Assembly (NCBI GenBank): GCA_963748625.1
Contig: CAVVJT010000007.1
Coordinates: 896,001 to 960,000, forward strand
DNA length: 64,000 bases
Direction: 5' to 3'
Origin: an uncultured Chloroflexia bacterium
GTDB lineage: Bacteria > Chloroflexota > Limnocylindria > Limnocylindrales > CSP1-4
The translations under genes and the position numbers were made by a program. Below the pieces are notes generated by a model. That model searched no databases. It was not told the origin of the DNA and worked only from the letters and a program-made list of their open reading frames with translations. Shown here in pieces: positions 58,207 to 64,000 of the stretch (position 1 is the first letter of the stretch; every line of letters starts with the position of its first letter).

Positions 58207-59646
58207 ATGCGAGGTACCCGTTTCCCGAGTGCGCCCCGTGCGCTGGTGCTGGCGGTGGCGTTCGCCGTGGCTATCGGAGGGACCGTGGGGGTCGCGCCAG
58301 CTCAGGCAACCGCGCTGACCCCGACCACCACCTCGATTTCGCAACCGGACCTCAACCCCAAGCCCGTCGGCCGGACGACGATCATCCCGGTCAGCATCAC
58401 GCCCACCGTCACCGGCGGCACGGTCGAGTTCTTCGACGGGCTCGTGTCCCTGGGCACGATGCCGGTGCAGACTGACGGCACGGGCTCCCACTCGGGCCTG
58501 CCGATCCCTACCGACTTCGCCGAGGGCACCTACAGCATCGTCGCGCGGTACAGCGGCGACGCCAGCTTCGAGGCGTCTCAGAGCACCACGCTCGTGTTCG
58601 TCGTCGGGCCGCGGCCCACGATCGCGACGATCATGTCGGTCACCGGCCCGCGTGACAGCTCCGGCCTCACCGCCCAGGCACACGACACGATCCAGGTCAG
58701 CGCGAGCGTGACCGACAGCGGCGTCAGCGGCACGCTGGGAACCGCGCCGACCGGGACGTTCGACATCAAGGTCGATGGTGTGACGAAGGCCTCGTACAAC
58801 CCCGCCTTCGAGTCCTCGACATCGCTCGACACCGGGACATGGAGCCTGGGCGAGCACGACATCACCGCGGTCTTCAACGCCACGGGCACCGACTACGCAT
58901 CGTCCGCGCCGTCGTCAGCCTGGATCATCAACATCGTCGCCAATGTCGTGGAGGCCACCGGCCTCGCCGCCAGCAACCCCACCTTCTATCCGTACAAGGA
59001 CGGCTACAAGGACACGACCAGTCTGCGCGGCACGCGCGCCGAGCCGGCGAGCGTTGCCGTCAAGGTGGTGAACAGCTCCAGCAAGACCGTCAAGAGCGCC
59101 TCCGTCCCGCTCGGCACCGGCGCCTGGTCGGTGCCCTGGAATGGCCGGACCAGCACCGGCGCCATGCTCCCAGCGGGCACCTACACCGTCCGCCAGACGG
59201 TGACCGACGCCCACGGTGCCACGAAGACGTTCACAACTTCGGTGAAGCTATCGGCCAAGCGGCTGTACTCGTACACGAAGACGTACAAGAAGACCGTGTC
59301 GGACCGCTCCGCCGGCAGCCCGTCAAAGGGCTGGATCGGCTGGAAGTTCTCGCTGCCGTCGGCGACCGTCTACAAGAAAGTCGTCTTCGCCGTGTACGGG
59401 AAGTCGGGTTCGCCACGCGGCGTGTTCGGGCCGCACGACTACTCGGTCTGCCCGAGTGCCACGGCGTGGAACTGGCAGTGCACAAACCCCTACGCGACCT
59501 TCCCTTCGAGCTGGTCGTGGAAGTCGGTGACCGGCTCAGTCACCCGGAACCGCCATGGAACGACCGTTCGGATGTATGCCATCGCCGGCAACCGGACGGC
59601 AGTGCAGTACGGGCGCGTGACCGTCACGTACGGCGTTCTCAAGTAG
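58207..59646 (+). CDS. Secreted protein with Ig-like (Big) domains and a FlgD-Ig domain
   Basis: Signal peptide; GTVEFFDG...ARYSGD Big motif; WNGR...LPAGTY. Confidence 0.8.
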   Translation: MRGTRFPSAPRALVLAVAFAVAIGGTVGVAPAQATALTPTTTSISQPDLNPKPVGRTTIIPVSITPTVTGGTVEFFDGLVSLGTMPVQTDGTGSHSGLPIPTDFAEGTYSIVARYSGDASFEASQSTTLVFVVGPRPTIATIMSVTGPRDSSGLTAQAHDTIQVSASVTDSGVSGTLGTAPTGTFDIKVDGVTKASYNPAFESSTSLDTGTWSLGEHDITAVFNATGTDYASSAPSSAWIINIVANVVEATGLAASNPTFYPYKDGYKDTTSLRGTRAEPASVAVKVVNSSSKTVKSASVPLGTGAWSVPWNGRTSTGAMLPAGTYTVRQTVTDAHGATKTFTTSVKLSAKRLYSYTKTYKKTVSDRSAGSPSKGWIGWKFSLPSATVYKKVVFAVYGKSGSPRGVFGPHDYSVCPSATAWNWQCTNPYATFPSSWSWKSVTGSVTRNRHGTTVRMYAIAGNRTAVQYGRVTVTYGVLK

Positions 59647-59678
59647 GCACCGCGCCCGCGCCGACGGGCAGCGCACGC

Positions 59679-59711
59679 ACTTCGGCCCCCGCCCTCGGCG
59701 GGGGCCGAAGT
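59679..59711. terminator. Perfect 15-bp hairpin between convergent genes
   Basis: acttcggcccccgcc-ctc-ggcgggggccgaagt. Confidence 0.75.
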
Positions 59712-59751
59712 CGTCGCACGCGTCCGCAGAGGCCCGCCTGCACGGCCGGTC

Positions 59752-60774
59752 CTAGCCGGCGAATGCGTCGCAGGAGTGCTGGTCGGGCAGGAGCTGCTGC
59801 AGGGCGATCGTCGCGGTCCCCTGCCTGCCGGCCGCCCAACGGAGGGTCGGCGCCTGGCTCAGTGCCGTCAGGTCGTGGGGGAACTCGACGCCCGCGGCCT
59901 GCTCCGCTGCCACCATCGCCTCGGCCGTGGCGCGTGTGATTACGGCGCACCGCTTGGTCTGGCCCTTCTCCTCGTCCGGTACCACGGTCCCGACGCCCTC
60001 TAGGCCGCCCGCGAACGGCCATGCGACGTCCGCGATGTCAGCATCCTGGCTGCGTGGGCCGTCCGGGCCGCGACGGAGCGTGACGTGGAGCAGGTACTCC
60101 GCCGGGCTGTACGGCTGCGCCGACTCCACGACGAGTTCGGGCGGGATCCAGGTGCCGGCGTCGCGGATTCTCGCTGCGAGGGTGCCGAGGAGGTCCATCT
60201 CCGGCGGCACGATCCAGAAGGCGGGGTCGTAGTCGCCCGGGCTGCCCGTGCCCACCCGGACGATGCCGCCGGCGCGCGGGATGGTGAAGGCGTAGCCGGT
60301 GACGCCGCGACCGGGCGGCTCGGCGCCGGGACGGACCGTCGCCCAGTACTCAGCGGGAGCCTCGAGGAGTCCCGTCGCATCGAGCTGCTCGCGCATCCAG
60401 GCGATTCCATCGGCCCCGACACGCAGCTGCTGCACTCCTGCGCCGTCGTTCCACACGACCAGGCCGTCGTCCCGCACCACGGTCGCGGTCCCCACGGCCA
60501 GCACGTCGTCCGTCCAGTGCAGCGTGAACACCAGTGCCCCCGTCCGGGTGGCCGCCGTCGAGGCGGGCGAGGTCGCGATCGGGGTCGGGTCCACGGGAAC
60601 GACGGGTGCCAGGGTCGGCGTCGATGGGGCGGCTCCGGACGCCTCGGATGGGGCGGCCGACGGGACGGTCGGACCAGCGCTGCCCGGAGGAGCCGGTGAT
60701 GCGCAGGCAGCCAGCACGACCGCCAGGATTGCCGGAACTCCCACCGAAACCAGGGATGCCATCGACGTCCACAT
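59752..60774 (-). CDS. Hypothetical lipoprotein
   Basis: Lipobox LAAC followed by a Pro/Ser/Thr linker. Confidence 0.7.
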   Translation of the reverse strand: MWTSMASLVSVGVPAILAVVLAACASPAPPGSAGPTVPSAAPSEASGAAPSTPTLAPVVPVDPTPIATSPASTAATRTGALVFTLHWTDDVLAVGTATVVRDDGLVVWNDGAGVQQLRVGADGIAWMREQLDATGLLEAPAEYWATVRPGAEPPGRGVTGYAFTIPRAGGIVRVGTGSPGDYDPAFWIVPPEMDLLGTLAARIRDAGTWIPPELVVESAQPYSPAEYLLHVTLRRGPDGPRSQDADIADVAWPFAGGLEGVGTVVPDEEKGQTKRCAVITRATAEAMVAAEQAAGVEFPHDLTALSQAPTLRWAAGRQGTATIALQQLLPDQHSCDAFAG

Positions 60775-60850
60775 CACCGCACCTCGGGGATGGGACGCGA
60801 GGGGTGCGGAGCGCGTTTCTGCTCGGCGCGGCCGACGCTGTCCGCGCGGC

Positions 60851-62017
60851 CTACTTCCCGCGCAGCTGCCAGCTCTTGCCCTCGGTGACCACGGACGGGG
60901 CGTAGACGATCTCGACGTCGTGCATCTCGACGATCGTCCTCGCGCCCAAGGCGGCCATCGACTGGCGCAGCGCACCCATCAGGTTCTGGGTGCCGTCCGT
61001 GACGTGGGAGGGGCCGTTGAGGATCTGGTCGAGCGTGCCAGCGGTGCCCACCTTGATCCGCGTGCCGCGCGGGAGCACGGGCGACGGGGCGGCCATGCCC
61101 CAGTTGGTGCCCTTGCCCGGGGCTTCGACCGCACGGGCGAGGGGCGAGCCGAGCATGACGGTGTCGGCGCCGGCGGCGATCGCCTTCGCGATGTCACCGC
61201 CCCGCTTCATGCCTCCGTCGGCGACCACGGGGACGTAGTGGCCGGTCTCGGCGAGGTAGGCGTCGCGGGCAGCGGTGACGTCGGCGATGGCGGTGACCTG
61301 CGGGATGCCGATGCCCAGCACCTCGCGCGTGGTGCATGCGGCACCCGGACCCACACCCACGAAGATCGCCGCCGCACCCTGCTCCATCAGCGCGAAGGCA
61401 GCTTCGGCGTTGGTGGTGTTGCCCACCGCGACAGGGATGGGCATGCGGCGGGTGAACTCCGCGAGGGAGAGTGGCTCGTAGCCGGACGCGATATGACGGG
61501 CCGAGCTGACCTGGCTCTGGACGAGGAACAGGTCCGCGCCGGCCTCGGCGCACAGCTGGCCGAAACGCTGGGCGACGCCGGGCGTCGCCGAGAACGCGGC
61601 CCTGGAGCCCGCGGCATGGAGCTCGGCGATGCGACGGGCGATCAGCTCCTCACGGATCGGCGCCTTGTAGGCGTCGGCGAGGATGTCCTGCACCTCGCCG
61701 TCGGGCGCGGCGATGATCCGGTCCAGGATCTCCGACGGATCGTCGTAGCGGAACTGGACGCCCTCGAGGTTGAGGACGGACAGGCCGCCGAGGCGGGCCA
61801 GCTCGCCGGACAGGCGCACATCGGCGACGGCGTCCATGGCCGCGGCGAGGACCGGAACGGCCAGCGCGATACCGCAGAAGTCCTGGGCGAGCACCACATC
61901 GGCGGGATCGACAGTGTCGGTGCCGGGGGCGAGGCTGACGTCCTCGAAGCCGTACGTGGGCCGGATGGCGTCCACCTTGGAGCGGAAGACCCGCCGGTTC
62001 GCCAGGGTCTCGGTCAT
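60851..62017 (-). CDS. guaB: IMP dehydrogenase family protein (GuaB3-type, no CBS domains)
   Basis: GFEDVSLAPG, GVGPGAACTTR catalytic loop, ADGGM, MLGS. Confidence 0.9.
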   Translation of the reverse strand: MTETLANRRVFRSKVDAIRPTYGFEDVSLAPGTDTVDPADVVLAQDFCGIALAVPVLAAAMDAVADVRLSGELARLGGLSVLNLEGVQFRYDDPSEILDRIIAAPDGEVQDILADAYKAPIREELIARRIAELHAAGSRAAFSATPGVAQRFGQLCAEAGADLFLVQSQVSSARHIASGYEPLSLAEFTRRMPIPVAVGNTTNAEAAFALMEQGAAAIFVGVGPGAACTTREVLGIGIPQVTAIADVTAARDAYLAETGHYVPVVADGGMKRGGDIAKAIAAGADTVMLGSPLARAVEAPGKGTNWGMAAPSPVLPRGTRIKVGTAGTLDQILNGPSHVTDGTQNLMGALRQSMAALGARTIVEMHDVEIVYAPSVVTEGKSWQLRGK

Positions 62018-62146
62018 CGTGTCGCCCTCACCCGCAATTCCACTCCTCCGTCGCAGGATCACAGTCTACCCGCCTCACCGCCGACCCCCATACTGGAGGG
62101 AAGTCGCGCCCAGCCCATGGGCACCAGACGTCACGAGGGGGCCACG

Positions 62147-62992
62147 ATGGCCAAGGACAGGGCAAAGGCGGGCAAGGCAGCCGAGCTGGATCTTGCAGAA
62201 CCGCCCGAGCGGGCGGTGAAGATCAAGGCCAAGACCTACCTGGAGGAGCTCTCGAAGCTGCAGTTGGAGCTCTCGAAGCTGCAGGAGTGGGTCAAGGCCA
62301 AGGGCCTCAAGGTGGTCGTGCTCTTCGAGGGGCGCGATGCCGCCGGCAAGGGCGGCTCCATCAAGACGATCACCATGGGCCTCAACCCGCGTGTCGCGCG
62401 CGTGGTCGCCCTCCCCGCCCCCACCGAGCGCGAGCGCACGCAGTGGTACTTCCAGCGCTACGCGGCGCACCTCCCGGCCGCCGGCGAGATCGTGCTGCTG
62501 GACCGCAGCTGGTACAACCGCGCCGGCGTCGAGCGGGTGATGGGCTTCGCGTCGCATGACGAGGTCGAGGAGTTCTACCGCTCCTGTCCAGAGTTCGAGC
62601 GGATGCTCGTGCGGTCCGGGATCATCCTGATCAAGTACTGGTTCAGCGTGTCCGACCAGGAGCAGGAGCGCCGGTTCCAGGCCCGCATCGAGGATCCGAC
62701 CAAGCGCTGGAAGCTCAGCCCCATGGACCTGATGTCCCGGACGAAGTGGGTCGAGTACTCGATCGCCAAGGACGAGATGTTCCGCCACACGGACATCAAG
62801 CAGGCCCCGTGGTACGTGGTCCAGGGCGATGACAAGAAGCGGGCGCGGCTGAACGTGATCAGCCACCTGCTCTCGCTCATCCCGTACGGGGACCTCACGC
62901 CCGATCCGATCGTGCTGCCGCCGAGGGAGCCGGATCGCGGCTATGTCCGCCCGCCGATGGAAGAGCAGACGTTCGTGCCGCAGAAGTACTGA
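62147..62992 (+). CDS. ppk2: Polyphosphate kinase 2
   Basis: FEGRDAAGKGG, WYFQRY, DRSWYNRAGVERVMGF. Confidence 0.97.
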   Translation: MAKDRAKAGKAAELDLAEPPERAVKIKAKTYLEELSKLQLELSKLQEWVKAKGLKVVVLFEGRDAAGKGGSIKTITMGLNPRVARVVALPAPTERERTQWYFQRYAAHLPAAGEIVLLDRSWYNRAGVERVMGFASHDEVEEFYRSCPEFERMLVRSGIILIKYWFSVSDQEQERRFQARIEDPTKRWKLSPMDLMSRTKWVEYSIAKDEMFRHTDIKQAPWYVVQGDDKKRARLNVISHLLSLIPYGDLTPDPIVLPPREPDRGYVRPPMEEQTFVPQKY

Positions 62993-63003
62993 GGGCTCCG
63001 CGA

Positions 63004-63537
63004 TCAGGCGGTGGGGCGGCGTGCGACGCGTGACCCGTCCGCGTCCAAGAGGAACCAGCGGGCCAGCTCCGGGTCCAGGAGCTGCTCGCGCAGGCGCCGC
63101 ATGGACTCCGCATATGACGGCCAGATGGCCAGGCGCGGGGCGTCGGCGGCCGGGACCCAGCGCAGGCCGTCGTGCTCCCACGAGGGGCGCGGCTCGGCGT
63201 CGGGGCGCACCCGGGCGGCGAAGATCGCTGACACCACCACCGCGTCCGTGCCCTCGTCGTAGAACGGGGCCACCTGGTCCAGGTCGTACCAGGCCTCGAT
63301 CTCGGCCGGGCCCAGGCCGGTCTCCTCCGCCACCTCGCGCATCGCGGCGGCGGGCACACGCTCACCGGGCTCGATCCCGCCCGTGACGCACTGCCAGAGC
63401 CCCGGGAAGATCCGGTGCGGCGCCCTCCGGATCAGCAGGATCTCCAGGCGGTCGGTGTCGGGGCGGATGTCGGCGTCGGAGGCGGGCGCGGCCACCCGGA
63501 AGATCCAGCATTCAATCAGATCGGGCCGCAGGCTCAT
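63004..63537 (-). CDS. NUDIX hydrolase (NudB-like)
   Basis: WQCVTGGIEPGE...AMREVAEETG; EH motif. Confidence 0.9.
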   Translation of the reverse strand: MSLRPDLIECWIFRVAAPASDADIRPDTDRLEILLIRRAPHRIFPGLWQCVTGGIEPGERVPAAAMREVAEETGLGPAEIEAWYDLDQVAPFYDEGTDAVVVSAIFAARVRPDAEPRPSWEHDGLRWVPAADAPRLAIWPSYAESMRRLREQLLDPELARWFLLDADGSRVARRPTA

Positions 63538-64000
63538 CGGCTGTCGTCCTCCAGCGCCTGTTCGAGGCGTTCGAGCTGCTCCAGGTGCATCAGGTCATGG
63601 ACGCCAGCGAACAGCAGCCACTCCCCGCAGCGCATCCTCCCGACCAGCGGGTGCTCCAGCGGACAGGGATCCGACTCATGGCCGACGATGGACCGGGCGG
63701 CTCTCGCCACGATCCGGGAGCTCACGGCAATCCGGCGGAGTAGCTGCTCCGGCCCGGCGTCGGCCGCGCCGGGCACACCCGGTACAACCGCGGGGGCTTC
63801 GGCCGGCCAGCGTCCCGTCGCGGCCAGCGCGCCGGCCATCGCGAGGCCGGCACGGGCGTCGCACGCATGGCCGATCGCCTGGGCGACATTCCACTCCGCC
63901 TCACCGCCCGGCATCGCGAAGGCGCGGCCCGGCAGGACAGCGACCGCGGAGGCAATGGCGTCCGCAACCGCACCGAGTTGCCGCGCCACCCGCTCCGCGC
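63534..64000 (-). CDS. DinB-family protein (5' end outside the window)
   Basis: WNVAQAIGH...HP...HDLMHLEQ. Confidence 0.8.
   Translation of the reverse strand, partial: AERVARQLGAVADAIASAVAVLPGRAFAMPGGEAEWNVAQAIGHACDARAGLAMAGALAATGRWPAEAPAVVPGVPGAADAGPEQLLRRIAVSSRIVARAARSIVGHESDPCPLEHPLVGRMRCGEWLLFAGVHDLMHLEQLERLEQALEDDSR

Noticed and set aside
60299-62146. Long N-terminal extension on PPK2
   Set aside because: Antisense shadow of guaB; PPK2 starts at 62147 after a GAGGGG RBS.

Overview
High-GC bacterial chromosomal segment. The gene content (UPF0182, GuaB3-type IMPDH, many Pro/Thr-linker lipoproteins, FlgD-Ig surface proteins) suggests a monoderm, possibly Chloroflexota (Limnocylindria-like); this is inference only. 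Layout: 0-17.6 kb is accessory secreted and membrane proteins, including an ECF sigma/anti-sigma pair and a Kv channel. 17.6-22 kb is housekeeping (PPIase-mazG-rph-rdgB-YHS). 22-37 kb is a cell-surface glycan locus (wzm/wzt, ppm1, two large FlgD-Ig surface enzymes, rmlA-B-D). 39-64 kb holds mreBC, a diguanylate cyclase, radC, UPF0182, guaA, guaB and ppk2. The most unusual feature is a family of equal-length 152-bp palindromic elements (37089-37240, 38869-39020, 44855-45006). Each one sits beside a different tandem-repeat array, and two bracket an XRE-HTH + PD-(D/E)xK-like nuclease gene plus a cargo lipoprotein gene. This is a candidate REP/REPIN-like system driven by a non-RAYT nuclease. No rRNA, tRNA, CRISPR array or classical transposase was recognised.
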